64,000 nt of DNA, from positions 220,100,001 to 220,164,000 of the forward strand of contig OX597814.1 of NCBI GenBank assembly GCA_951406725.2. Direction: 5' to 3'. Numbering within the stretch: the stretch's first letter is position 1; every line of letters begins with the position of its first letter. Origin of the DNA: Octopus vulgaris (Eukaryota). Both the position numbers and the translations under genes were made by a program. The notes under the pieces were generated by a model. That model did no database searches and was not told the origin of the DNA. It saw nothing but the letters and a program-made list of their open reading frames with translations. Of this stretch, positions 13,491-27,078 are shown in pieces.

Positions 13491-16400
13491 AAGACCTGTA
13501 CTCTGTAGCAGAAGTGATAAGATTGATCCTTCATGGTGTAAAGCCCTCATGCCAGTCCCACATAAAAGCACCTGTGCTGTGACATGCAAAAGTGCCCATG
13601 CAGTGCCATGTATATGTGCCCCTGCAGTGACATGTAAAAGCACCTGTGCCATGACACATAAAAGTGCCTCTGCAGTACCAGGTAAAAGTGCCTCTCTTTC
13701 TTTCTTTTTCTTTTACTTGTTTCAGTCATTTGACTGCAGCCATGCTGGAGCACCGCCTTTAGTCGAGCAAATCGACCCCGGGACTTATTCTTTGTAAGCC
13801 CAGTACTTATTCTATCGGTCTCTTTTTGCCAAACCGCTAAGTGACGGGGACATAAACACACCTAGCAATGCTAGGGGGACAAACACACACATACATATAT
13901 ATATATACATATATACGACAGGCTTCTTTCAGTTTCCGTCTACCAAATCCACTCACAAGGCATTGGTCTGCCCGGGGCTATAGTAGAAAATGATTGCCCA
14001 AGATGCCACGCAGTGGGACTGAACCCGGAACCATGTGGTTGGTTAGCAAGCTACTTACCACACAGCCACTCCTGCGCCTGTGTGGTGTCATGTAAAAATT
14101 CACCTGTGCAGTGTCACCCAGCATACTCTGTTAAGTGGTTGGTGTTCGGAAGGATATCCGGCTGTAGAGAACATGCTAAATCAAACTGGAGTCTAGTGTA
14201 GCGCCCCCACCCCCCACCCAGCTTGCCAGCTCTGGTCAAACCATCTGACCCATACTGACATGAACAACAGATATTAAATTAATGATGACGATGATAATAT
14301 ATATTCTTTTACTTGTTTTAGTCATTTGACTGCGGCCATGCTGGAGCACCACCTTTAGTCAAGCAAATCGACCCCGGGACTTATTCTTTGTAAGCCCAGT
14401 ACTTATTCTATCGGTCTCTTTTATCGAACCGTTAAGTGACAGGGACGTAAACACACCAGCATCGGTTGTCGAGCAATGCTAGGGGGACAAACACACATAC
14501 ACAAACACACACACACATACACACATATATATATATATATATATACATATATACGACAGGCTTCTTTCAGTTTCCATCTACCAAATCCACTCACAAGGCT
14601 TTGGTCAGCCTGGGGCTATAGCAGAAGACACTTGCCCAAGATGCCATGCAGTGGGACTGAACCCGGAACCATGTGGTTGGTTAGCAAGCTACTTACCACA
14701 CAGCCACTCCTGCGCCTTTTATTTATTTCTATTTACTATTTTGAAGAAGGCAGGAGTGTTCAACAGCCAAAACAGAGTGAAAGTAACAATCAAGACGAGG
14801 ACACCAGCAAATGAAATGCTACAAACAGTATACATAGAATAAATTCCTAATCTCAGCAAAATAGAATTGTATTAAGAAAAGGTGTTATTCAAAGTGAGTT
14901 GAATACAAATGTGAAGAAGGTATTTTTAAAGAAGTCAATTTGAGATTTAGAGATTATAAATGTATAAGGTCACACTCACAAAGTTTTTTATATTCCTGTA
15001 GATGTAAAGTTGTGTGCGTGTGTGTGTGCACGTATGCATGTGGGGGTGTATATGAATTTTTCATGTACACTGAAATTTAAACTACTGATTGCCTTCAAAA
15101 ACCTGTATATATATATATATATTGTCCAATAAATAATTGTTTCTGTGTACATGCAATAATTCAGTTCTTTGTCCATATATATACACACACATTTATATAT
15201 AAAATTAGTGTACATTTGAACACAAAAGAGGCGGCCCTTAACAGGCAGCCTTACATGCTGGTAAGAGCAGTCAAAACGACCAAAACCACATTTAAGAGAA
15301 ATTTTGAAGGGAATGAAAAATAAAAAAAACTTTTACCTTGTTTTTTACAGCCATACCTAATTAGCAAATAAAATAATTTGCTAGGTGGAGTTCTCATCAG
15401 TGGCTATGCCAAAACATTAACATATAATTTAGAAACAGAATAACATGTGTCTCATCATTTTTCAAATTCACTGTGCAAGCATGGTTTCATTCGGCAGCAA
15501 ATGAAAAATTGCCAAATTAATCTTCCAGAATTGCTAAAATCATGTATATATATTATATATCATGTTTTATATATATCTTCACTGTATATATCATTATAGA
15601 AAAAAGTTGCCTATTTTCATACTTCTTTAAAACTTGCTAGAGTTGTTTGGTTGTTACTTTATGTATGCATGTATGTGTGCATATACATATATACATGTGT
15701 GTGTGTGTGTATATATACACATAAACATGTGGAGGCGCAATGGCCCAGTGGTTAGGGCAGCGGACTCGCGGTCATAGGATCGCGGTTTCGATTCCCAGAC
15801 CGGGCGTTGTGAGTGTTTATTGAGCGAAAACACCTAAAGCTCCACGAGGCTCCGGCAGGGGCGGGGTGGTGAACCCTGCTGTACTCTTTCACCACAACTT
15901 TTTCTCGCTCTTTCTTCCTATTTCTCTTGTACCTGTATTTCAAAGGGCCAGCCTTGTCACACTCTGTGTCACGCTGAATCTCCTCGAGAACTACGTTAAG
16001 GGTACACGTGTCTGTGGAGTGCTCAGCCACTTGCACGTTAATATCACGAGCAGGCTGTTCCGTTGATTGTATCAGCTGGGACCCTCATCGTCGCAACCGA
16101 CGGAGTGCTCCTACACACAAACATGTGTGTGTGCATGATAATATATATATATATATATATACACACATACATGTGTGTGTATGAGATATATGTGTATATA
16201 TTCTTTCTTCAACATGAGAACATTCTTATTAAGAATGACCTGTTGCTAAATGACAGCTTAAAAAAGCGGAAAAAATATTTTATGAACTACAGCTTCAAGA
16301 TGTTCTTAACCCTTTCGTTACCAACCTGGCTGAAACATGCTCTGGCTCTGTAGTACAGATGTCTTGTTTTCACAAGTTTTGAATTAAAATCTTCCACCAA

Positions 16401-16701
16401 ACCTTAGTCACAATTTATGTTCCTAATACACTAGCTTAATGATATCTAAGTTATTTTACTTAATTCTTTGTTATATTCAAATAATTGAAAGAAACACAAA
16501 TCATTTCAAAATAAATATGGTACCGAAAGGGTTCAATATATTCCACAGCTGCCACAGAAAACATTTTACTTGTGGAGATATGTAGGAGTTTAATAATGGT
16601 GTTTACACTACATAATGGTCTGTTTACATAAACTTGGCCTCCTCACTTATGGAACACTCACTGTCCACCACTTCATCCCATCCTCTCTCTCTCTCTCTCT
16701 C

Positions 16702-16747
<46 letters not shown>

Positions 16748-18001
16748 CGTCACCGGTGATATCACTGTGACCAACCAGGCTATCAGATGTTGTTACACAT
16801 CGCTGGTCACAATGCGCTTCACATTGTTTTAGCCTTGAAATGATGCCACCCCACTGGCTAAGCGAGCAGACCAACAGAAGAAAGGGTGAGAGAAAGTTGT
16901 GGCGAAAGAGTACAGCAGGGATCACCACCCCCCCCTGCCGGAGCCTCGTGGAGTTTTAGGAGTTTTCGCTCAATAAACACTCACAACGCCCGGTCTGGGA
17001 ATCGAAACCGCGATCCTACGACCGCGAGTCTGCTGCCCTAACCACTAGGCCATTGCACACATATATATATATATGTATTTATATATAAGGGACTGAAACT
17101 CCTTGGGGTCCGCTGTGCTTGAGAAAAGGTCAAGCTAAGTAAAATAATGGTTGTCCTTGATTACAGGCATGCCCCCTTCACCCTTCATCCGCTGAACATT
17201 CCAATTCTTGCAGGCTCATGAGTGTTGGTGCCAAATAAAAAGCGCTCATACCAGTGCCATGTAAAAGTGCCCAGTAAACTCTGTAAAGTGGTTGGCATTA
17301 GGAAGGGCATCCAGTGGTAGAAACCATGCCAAAACAAAAATGGGAGCCCAGATAGCTCTTCAGCTGGCTAGCTCTGGTCAAACTGTCCAACCCATGCCCA
17401 CATGGAAAACAGACATTAAATGATGATGATGATGATGATATAATCTGTCCTACTGTTATTCTCTTACATATGTATTAGTATCAAAGTTTCTCAATTTCAA
17501 CAATACTTGTAAACGATGCACTCATCCAGTTACCCATCAACCAACTCATATGAAACACAGATATTTAAATCAACAATGTTTGTCCAATTAGTAGCAAAAA
17601 CTTCCTATAGGCTTGTTTAAAATGTAACAAACAACAAGCAAGGTAGATAACTTCATTAAGGTCAGATGACAGAAATCTTTGGACACAATACACAATGCGA
17701 ATGGGAGTTGATTTGATCTTTAATGTCAACTGGTGAAAGCAACATGCATTATACAAATATTAATAAAAGGATTTATTTAGATAACCCTTTCCTGTATAAT
17801 TATACTCCATAATATACAATGAAAAGCATTAGAACAGGAGGGAGCAGATATATATCTTAATCTTCAATGGGATATATATCAAAATGTTTAAAGAGAAAAT
17901 AGGAACTGATTAATATGTAAAATAGTTTTTTGTTATAATTCGTATTGTCTCCCTATTGGGTAACTAAGTCATAGTTAATTAAATTCATATTCCAGCAAAA
18001 A

Positions 18002-18034
<33 letters not shown>

Positions 18035-18738
18035 GCTCTCTCTCAAAGTTTTTTATATTCCTATACATGCAAGCTTTTGTGTATGTGTGGGGGAGGTATG
18101 GGTGAGGGGTTGATAAGTAAAGTATATAATTGTGTGTGTGTGTGTGTGTGAGTGTGTGTGTGTGTGTGCGTGCGTGTGTGTGTGAGTGTGTATGTGTGTG
18201 TATATATGTTGTATTTTGGGATGGTCTTTTTTTTTTTTGCCAAATAAACAAATACACTATATATTCATTCTTCTTTCATTTATTACTTTTCTTAATTTAT
18301 CTTATGTTGATTCTTCGGAAATCTTTCATCACACATCTGTGATCTCTGCAGCAACACTTTCCATCCTTGTGTGTGCTTTTGCTCTGCTTAGTCCATATTT
18401 GGCAAAAAAAAAATTTAAAAAATTGACTATCCCGAAATAAAAGCAATATCTGTTTCAACACAGTTTCACATCAGGAATACTGTGACACAAATTCATAAAT
18501 GTATATATATTTATATATATGTGCGCACAGATTTACATGCATACATATATGTACACACATACCACCCCCCACAAATATATATATATATATATAAACATAT
18601 ATATAAAAAAATATTATTTGACTAAAAAGTTTTTACTCCCCTCAGTTAAAAATGTGTTAAAATAGTTTGTTTCATAAAAACCATGGTAGGTTGAAGTCCA
18701 AAGAGTGTAGGAGAATTCTACAAAATCAAGTCAAAACA

Positions 18739-18810
18739 CATCTATGGCCATTTCGGGAGTTCACAACTGCAGTCCAATTGCATCTCGGCAATGAACCCCT
18801 CATCAGGATA
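18739..18810 (-). ncRNA. Type I hammerhead ribozyme motif
   Basis: Minus strand: tatc CTGATGA GGGGTTCA..TGAACTCCC GAAA tggcca TA gatg. Stem III is the palindrome ATGGCCAT. Confidence 0.72.
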
Positions 18811-18857
18811 AACAGGAATTTCACAACCAAGAATGACTTGATGGTAAGATTCCTGTT

Positions 18858-18925
18858 CATCCTGATGAGGGGTTCATTACTCATAATTGGACTGCGGCTG
18901 TGAACTCCTGAAATGGACATAGATG
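18858..18925 (+). ncRNA. Type I hammerhead ribozyme motif
   Basis: catc CTGATGA GGGGTTCA..TGAACTCCt GAAA tggaca TA gatg. Stem I is catc/gatg. Confidence 0.7.
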
Positions 18926-19169
18926 TGTTTTTGACTTAATTTTGTAGAACTCTCCTACGCTCCTTGGAATTCAACCTACAATGGTTTTTATGAAACAAAC
19001 TATTTTAACATATTTTTAATTGAGGGGAGTAAAAACGTTTTTTAGTTGATTGATATCTTTTTAAGTTTTTTGCTGCTTGACACACTTTAGCAATTTATTT
19101 TGGTTACTTATTTTAATCTATTGTATATACCTTTTCTGGACAGGCCAATATATATATATATTGTATTGT

Positions 19170-19540
19170 ATTGGCATCCTTTCTGTCTCGGGAGACAATG
19201 GAGTTGCGCATGAAGTAGTCTAGTCCGGCTTTTACATTTCATGTCCTGATACATTTCCTGCTGTGGCTGTGTAGTCCTATCCTGGACAAACACTCCCTCT
19301 GGCAGGTACCGCAAATGTAGCGAAGACTGTTCCTGGCTGGTTGTAGTGCCATAGTTTCTTGTTTACGTCTCTTCCTTTCTTTCCATTTCTCCTCTCTCTC
19401 TCTGTCACTCCTTTGTATTCCCTCTTTTACGGTACGTCACCATTCTCCACGGTTGCCGGCAACTGCCTCCCAACCGCTAATATTGATGTTGCAGGCCTTC
19501 ATGTCCCTTTTGCAAACATCCTTGTAACGTAAGATCGGTA
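19170..19540 (-). mobile_element. RTE LINE 3' end with C-terminal zinc finger
   Basis: LRYKDVCKRDMKACNI..WEAVAGNR and CGTCQRECLSRIGLHSHSRKC. Confidence 0.8.
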
Positions 19541-20402
19541 TTCCGCCTCGACTGGCTTCCATGCAGGTGGCATGTAAAATGCACCAATCCGACCATGGCC
19601 GATGCCAGCCTCGCCTGGCACCAGTGCAGGTGGCACGTAAAAAGCACCCACTACACTCACGGAGTGGTTGGCATTAGGAAGGGCATCCAGCTGTAGAAAC
19701 ATTGCCAGATAAGACCGGAGCCTGGTGCAGCCTTCTGGCTTCCCAGATCTCCGGTCGAACAGTCCAACCCATGCTAGCATGGAGAACGGACGTTTAACGA
19801 TGATGATGATGATGATGATATATATATATATATATATATATGTGGAGGCGCAATGGCCTAGTGGTTAGGGCAGCGGACTCGCGGTCGTAGGATCGCGGTT
19901 TCGATTCCCAGACCGGGTGTTGTGAGTGTTTATTGAGCAAAAACACCTAGAAGCTCCACGAAGCTCCGGCAGGGGATGGTGGTGATCCCTGCTGTACTCT
20001 TTCACCACTCTTTCTTCTGTTGGCCTGCTCGCTTAGCCAGCGGGGTGGCATCATTCGAAGGCTAAAACAATGCGAACGCATTGTGACCAGCGATGTGTAG
20101 CAACATCTGATGGTCTGGTCGGTCACGTAATCACGTGATATATACATATCAAAATGAGGGTGAAAAAATTGGATATTAATTTAAAAACATCAATTTAACA
20201 CCAGTGGTTTAGCGCATAAAAAACTGAGATTCCCTAAATATTATTAATACACAAATATGAGAGAGAATCCACTATGTGGACGCTCTTATGCTAAAGATAG
20301 ATCCACAAGGGTCTGAACCACTACGAATTGTTCTTGAGAAAAATTTAGCACACTATGAACGTAAGTGAGCAGGAGAAATGAAAAATAACAAAAATATAAA
20401 TT

Positions 20403-20481
20403 AACCCCATACAATTGTTTCACTGTTAATAAATTATGCAATTTTACTTCCACAATTCATCTACAGATCATCAGTGAGATT
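20403..20481 (-). ncRNA. Type I hammerhead ribozyme motif (GUA site)
   Basis: Minus strand: aatctca CTGATGA, long stem II (ctgt..acag), GAAA caattg TA tggggtt. Confidence 0.75.
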
Positions 20482-20733
20482 CATCAAATTGATGTTATTA
20501 AATTAATATCCAATTTTTTCACCCTCATTTTGATTTTAATTCTAAATTAATTTGTTCTCAAACCGGCGAAAACTACTGCAGTGAATTACTTATTCAGTAT
20601 TTATTTCCGGGAATTTGGCGCGCTAGAACGAGGGCATTTGAATATAACTGCGAATATAATAGGCCGAACTACTCGTATTTTTGACCTCGTGTTAATATCT
20701 GGTGTGCAGTTCGACAAATTATATTTCATGACG

Positions 20734-20812
20734 AATCTCACTGATGATCTGTAGATGAATTGTGTAAGTAAAATTGCATAATTTATTAACAGTGAAACAA
20801 TTGTCTGGGGTT
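20734..20812 (+). ncRNA. Type I hammerhead ribozyme motif (GUC site)
   Basis: aatctca CTGATGA tCTGT..ACAGt GAAA caattg TC tggggtt. Stem I is 7 bp with G-U pairs; stem III is the palindrome ACAATTGT. Confidence 0.78.
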
Positions 20813-21129
20813 AATCTATATTTTTGTTATTTTTCATTTGTCCTGCTCGCTTACGTTCATAGTGTGCTAAATTTTTCTCAAGAACAATTCGTAGTGGTTC
20901 AGACCCTTGCGGATCTATCTTTAGCGTAAGAGCGTCCACATAGTGGATTCTCTCTCATATTTGTGTATTAATTATATATAAATATATATATATATATATA
21001 TGCAAATATATATATAGCAAATGAAAGACAGAAGATGGATTATACAAGAATTTATTATTAATCACTAGCATTGATCTCTCATGGGTGGGGCATTTGACTT
21101 CAAGGCTCAAAACTGTTCATGCACCCCTC

Positions 21130-21174
<45 letters not shown>

Positions 21175-21212
21175 TGTAGACACACACAAACACACACACA
21201 TGTGTGTGTGTA

Positions 21213-21260
<48 letters not shown>

Positions 21261-21536
21261 TATTATTTATTGCAGAGAAGAGAGGTGTGCCCATAACCTT
21301 TATATGTCTTCTTAAACTGGTGAGGTTGAATCAGGTGATATATAGATCGAATGCTTTGTGTGCTGATACCATTATGGGAAATCTAGGAATGGAGAGATTT
21401 ACCAGAGATAGTTACAGTACTAAGGAAAAGGGGGTAGGCAATGTATAACATCATTGTATATACATATTCACATACTCATAGGATTCATCATAAAAACTAA
21501 AAGGAGTGCAAGTCTGTGAACAACGAAATGCCAGGG

Positions 21537-21584
<48 letters not shown>

Positions 21585-21773
21585 GAAAATTAAAAAAAAT
21601 CAGAGTGAGAGAAAACAAACAGAGGGAGAGAGAGTGAGTGAATAACGTGTGTGTGTGTGAGTGTTTGTGTTTGAGAGGGAGAGAAAGAGAGAGACAGAGA
21701 AAGTAAAATGTTCACTGTAGACACAAATGCATTGCAGTGTGTAAACAACATCAGTAATCGTTAGAAAAGTTAC

Positions 21774-21899
21774 CTTGCTTTTTGGCTTGTAGAAGATAGC
21801 CAAGAATTGGGTAATCTCCTTCATAGCCTTTACGCCATGTTATATTCACTCCTCGGTCAGTCATTTCAATCTGTGGTGTAACAGGAGAAGTAGGTGATC
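21774..21899 (-). CDS. sdk: Sidekick-like exon, first half of last FN3 (GSPTSPVTPQIEMTDRGVNITWRKGYEGDYPILGYLLQAKKQ)
   Basis: ttttcccacag acceptor and GTAACT donor; 126 bp, phase 1 to 1. GSP...W..G..G..PILGYL..AKK matches the last Sidekick FN3. Confidence 0.9.
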
Positions 21900-22568
21900 C
21901 TGTGGGAAAAAAAAAAATAAATAAAGACGGAAAGAGAAAAGGTTACATCCGGCAGAATTAAGGGAGCATTATTAGGTGCAAAACACAGTAAAACCAAGAT
22001 AAATGCTATGTTGTAAAGGGTTGTGGTGGTGACATGCACCATTTTGTTACCATTTATAAGTTGAAATGCATTACCTTTGTTTAACTTTAATTTTGAAATT
22101 AATGAAGAATTGAGCAAAATATTCCTGTTGTCATTAAGCTTTAATATAGATCCCTTTAACACAAGAATTTTTATCTTTGAAGCAAAGGAAGTCTCAGACA
22201 TGTTGGTAACAAAAGAGTTAAATCCCATTTGTGGTCATTCACCATAGAAAAAGACAGGATAATTGTAGAGTTCATGAGAAGCTTGCAATCTTTGGCTCAA
22301 GTCTTTCTAGGGTGCGTTTCCTCAAGAATTCCTGTTGAAGTCATCAGGACAACTCTTTGAATATGTATATATGTATATGGACATATAATTTCTTTTTTAT
22401 GTTTTTTTATAGTTTTAAGCAAAAAACAAACTATTATTAGTTTGAAAACTGCTTTAAAGAGAGAAACTCAGTCACATTTTTGTAAACATCTCATTATTAA
22501 AGTGGGAAAATGATCAGAAAAGCCTTTTCTATTCATTTTTTCAAACATATATATATATATATATATAT

Positions 22569-22770
22569 ATTTATTATATAGAAGGAGCTTCTACAGGACT
22601 AGAACTGTTTCATTCAAGAGAAATCTTCAGGAAGCTTCCTGAAGATTTCTCTTGAATGAAACAGTTCTAGTCCTGTAGAAGCTCCTTCTATATAATAAAT
22701 TAATTTTACTCTGCTATGTATTGAGTACCTTATTTACTGTGGTTAACCCCGAATCAACCCGGGACCTACA
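22569..22770. mobile_element. Perfect 132 bp spacer-less palindrome (22569-22700) plus ~70 bp tail, inside (TA)n
   Basis: Dyad axis at 22634/22635 (gaag|cttc); arms are exact reverse complements. Confidence 0.9.
22633..22683 (+). ncRNA. Type I hammerhead ribozyme motif; identical copy on the minus strand at 22586-22636
   Basis: agcttc CTGAAGA tTTC tctt GAAt GAAA CAG ttctagtc CTG TA gaagct. Stems I and III are fully paired; GUA triplet. Confidence 0.78.
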
Positions 22771-23049
22771 TATATATATATATATATATATATACTAATA
22801 TTATAACCCGATTTCATTTGGGTCTACTCAGGTCACATTTTACAGATGAGGCATTTTGCCCTAGAGGCCAGGCCATTCAATTGAGCAAACTCAAAGTTGC
22901 CATGTGAACTCCCCAGCACTTTTAACATAGGTGTGCAAAATTTCAGGTCAATCCGACCACATTTACTAACACTTTTGCCTGGACAACTGCTTGCGAGACA
23001 ACATCTGCCCTTTTCATAAATATATAGTAGATATATATATTTGAAAAAA

Positions 23050-23686
23050 TGAGTTGAGATGGTTTTGTGGGGATAACTTTTATTTTAATGACAATGATTC
23101 CAGTTACTCTAATGAGTTTCGAGATTTCTGATAGCCATTTTCAGACTGAAATTCTGTGGTTTAGGAGGTTTATTTTTTACATGCATGCTGCTGTATTTAC
23201 TGTTTGTATTCTTTTATTATTTTTTAATTTTATTTCTTATATTAGTTTTATATTCTTTATTTTTGTTTTTCTATCTTTTATTTCCTGTTTCTATTTTATA
23301 AGCACCAACCGATCGTGGCCGATGCGAGACACCTCTGGCACCTGTGCAGGTGGCACGTAAAAAGCACCCACTACACTCGCGGAGTGGTTGGCATTAGGAA
23401 GGACATCCAGCTGTAGAAACACTGCCAGATCAGACTGGAGCCTAGTGCAGCCCCTGGCTTCCCAGACCCCGGTCGAACCGTCCAACCCGTGCTAGCGCAG
23501 AAAACGGACGTTAAACGATGATGATGATGATACTTGTAAGAAAAAATCTGCTGATATATAAAGAAACCTTCTAAACCACAGAATTTCAGTTTGAAAATGG
23601 CTATTGAAAAGCTGGAAACTCATTAGAGTAACTGGAATCATTTTCATTAAAATAAAAGTAATCCCCCCAAAATCCAGCTCTACTCA
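23050..23686. mobile_element. Older fold-back element with degenerate hammerheads (23098-23150 -, 23585-23637 +) and a SINE inserted in the spacer
   Basis: Arms ~23050-23170 and ~23566-23686 are reverse complements. Motif ttcagt (C/T)TGAAAA ... GAAA CTC atta GAG TA actgga. Confidence 0.72.
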
Positions 23687-26493
23687 AAGCTGTGTACTGA
23701 ATGGCATCGCTGTGTTTACTTCATAAGTTGTAAAATTTGCGATCATGTGTATGCTGTAGTCTGCGGTTTTTGTCATGGACAGGAAGTTGGAACAAAGAGC
23801 CAACATGTAATTTTGCTTTGAACTTGGGGAGTCTGCTACAGAGACATGAAAGTTGCGTCCATGGGTTTGACCATCAGACAAAGCAGCAGTCTATTTTGTT
23901 TCTCACACATTCACTTATGTAGGCTGATATTATCCAAAATGTTAGAGAAAGAAGCCCAGCTGTTTCTTGCAGTAAATACTAACACATTCATCTGAAGCAA
24001 AATTTGTTCAAGAGCCCTCAAAATTCAGTTACTCTTTTACTTGTTTCAGTCCTTTGACTGTGGCCATGCTGGAGCACTGCCTTTAGTCGAGCAAATTGAA
24101 TCCCAGGACTTATTCTTTGTAAGCCTAGTACTTATTCTATCGGTCTATTGTGGATCCCTATCTCACTATGCTGTGTGGACCCTGGTTGAGACCACAGTCC
24201 TAGATGAATCTTCTTCACTACAACTAGTGAGCACTGTCTGTATATGTGTATATACAAATATACATACATACATATACAGATTTTTGTCAACTCTTTAGAA
24301 CAATTTTTTTTATTATTAGAATTTCGTTTATAGCAGTTAGCTGGCAGAATCGTTAAACACACTGCACAAATGCTGAACAGCGTTTTTTTCAGCCTTTTAG
24401 TTCTGAGTTCAAATGTCACTGATGTCGACTTTTCCTTTTATCTTTTCATTATTGATAAAAATAAAGTATCAGTTGAAAACCGGGATCAACGTAATCCACT
24501 TAAACCCTCCTCTAAAATTGCTGGCGTTGTGCCAAAATTTGAAACCATTTTCAAAGCTTCATTTAGAGCTAAGAGTTCACAGAATTGTGATAGCAGCAGA
24601 ACGAAAATACTTCATGGTGTCTCTTCCAGTTCTTAGTGTATTTAAATTATATAATTAAGATTTTGTTCCTGAGAAATCCAAGATGGTAATTCCATTTGTC
24701 TCAAGATAAATTTAGTAAAATTTCCATATCAACAAGATGACATTTTGTTCAGATGGAGTTGTCTTACAATAGATGACTCCTACACCGAGCTTTTATTTTG
24801 GGGATTGCAGACAGATGTGGCTCCATATGGCACCGCAACATGGTAAATTCCATAAGACTTGTCCCTTGCAGGATACCAATTCTTGGTGGACCTAGTAAAT
24901 GTAAGAGAATTTTCTAGGAATATGAAGATATTCAAGTGTGCATATAAATATGTGTGTGTGTGTGTGTATGTATATATATATATCATCATCATTTAACATC
25001 CGTTTTCCATGCTAGCATGGGTTGGACACACACACACATACTTGTCAAAAGTTAAGTATATTTGCCAGAGACACAGTTCCGCGCCACTTCACCCTGATGT
25101 TCTTCCTTCTTCGCACCAGGTTCCACCTTGTTTTTCTTTAGAGAAAGAAAATGTTGCTATCCTATCTAAGGACCCTATACTTATTTCTGGACCCTGAAAT
25201 AAATAAATAAATAAATAAACAAATAAATTCGTCCATCTGTCCGTCCGTCTGTCCATCCGTCCATCCATCTCTTGCCTATTTTTTTTTCTGTCTAGAGAAC
25301 AATGTTAGGTTTAAGAAACAATATAATCGAAATCAAAATTGAATTTGAAATCAAACCAAATTCGAAAACTGGCACCCATGCCAACCTCCCTTCACTGGAC
25401 ACTAAACTCTGCTTGCGAAGACCTGTTGGGGCAAGTGAAATCGAAATTGAACCAAATTCGATGACTTGCACTCGTGCCAGTGGAGCACTATCAGCTGACT
25501 GGGATCTGTGCCGGTGGCACGTAAAAAGCACTATTTGAGTGTGATTGTTACCTGCGTTGCCTTACTGGCACGTGAACAAAACATTCCAGCGAGGCCGCTG
25601 GCACGTAAAGAGCACCATTTGGGCATGGTTGTTGCCAGTACCGCCAGACTGGCCCTCATGCCAGTGACATGTAAAAGTACCCACTACACTCTCGGAGTGG
25701 TTGGTGTTAGGAAGGGCATCCAGCTGTAGAAACTCTGCCAGATCAGACTGGAGCCTGGTGCTGCCATCTGGTTCACCAGTCCTCAGTCAAATCGTCCAAC
25801 CCATGCTAGCATGGAAAGCGGACGTTAAATGATGATGATGATATATATATATATAGTGTAAAGACAACCTTTCAGTCTTGAATGACCATGAAATTGCACC
25901 TGGAAAATTCATCTCTGAGGCACAAGTCCGGGCAAGGTTGTTTACGGAAGACCAGCAGTCGCCCATGCATACCAGCCTCATCTCTCCAACACCACCAATG
26001 TTATCCAAGGGAAAAGCAAAGGGGCTGATACAGCTTGGCACCAGTGACATCACAGCTCCTTCCTACAGCTGAGTGAACTGGATCAACATGAAATAAAGTG
26101 TCTTGCTCAAGAACACCACACGCAGCCTGGTCTGGGTCTCGAACTCACTACCTCATGATTGTGAGCCTGGTACCTTCACTATATATATATATATATATAA
26201 ACATCAACATGTATAAATAAATATACAGAGCTGACAAATTAAGTGACTCCCTTGGGCATTAAAACCTGGAAGTGAAATATGAATTTACGTACTATTCATT
26301 TTCCGAAATGGTACGGTATGATTTGAGGAAAATCTGGTTGCTACTTCTAGTAGATATGATGACCACACAGAGGCTCTCTTGTTTAGTCAGATATGAGAGT
26401 ATGAGTATCAAAGTGTACATGCAAGGAAATAGAGTTTAATAACCCCCCAACCTTGGTGTAAACAAAAAAAAAATATAGAATGAGTAAAATTAC

Positions 26494-26655
26494 CAATCTG
26501 AGGCCCAGTCGTAACTTTTCCAACTTGTTTCGCTCCCAATTTAATGGTTTCAGCTTGTACAGTGAATTCATATGTTTTATTCGCCTCAAGCTCCTTAGCA
26601 TGGTAATATAATCTATCACCAGGTATGGTCAGCTGCACCATTTTCTTACCACCTG
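26494..26655 (-). CDS. sdk: Sidekick-like exon, FN3 second half (AGGKKMVQLTIPGDRLYYHAKELEANKTYEFTVQAETIKLGAKQVGKVTTGPQI)
   Basis: ttttgcag(cag) acceptor and GTAATT donor; phase 1 to 1. TY.FTV.A.TI..G.....VTTGPQ is characteristic of the penultimate Sidekick FN3. Confidence 0.9.
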
Positions 26656-26782
26656 CTGCAAAATAAACATACAAAATAGAGAAAAATATATGGTTATAGT
26701 ACTATAGAATGTTCCAAAAGCTTGTCAAAAAATGAGTAGAAAAAACTAATTGTTGCTGAAGATCAAAACAGATTATTGGTTC

Positions 26783-26920
26783 ATTATTTACATTCGATGG
26801 ATATTTGTTCTCATCTTCTTTGATTTTAACACAACCTTTCGGCTGATGTACCCTCCAGCCTACATCAGGTGTCTTGGGGAAATTTTGAACCTGGGTTCTC
26901 ATTCCTAGGGTATTTTTCGA

Positions 26921-26953
<33 letters not shown>

Positions 26954-26967
26954 CGTTATCATTATCA

Positions 26968-27013
<46 letters not shown>

Positions 27014-27018
27014 CGTCA

Positions 27019-27078
<60 letters not shown>

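Larger units (their letters stand above)
18621..19148. mobile_element. Fold-back element (arms ~18621-18820 and ~18849-19046, plus right tail) with a hammerhead motif in each arm
   Basis: Imperfect reverse-complement arms seen directly; TA-rich flanks. Confidence 0.85.
20148..20972. mobile_element. Fold-back element with interleaved inverted repeats (A-B-A'-spacer-B') and paired hammerheads
   Basis: A ~20148-20196 pairs with A' ~20486-20534; B ~20244-20485 pairs with B' ~20729-20972; TA flanks. Confidence 0.85.
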
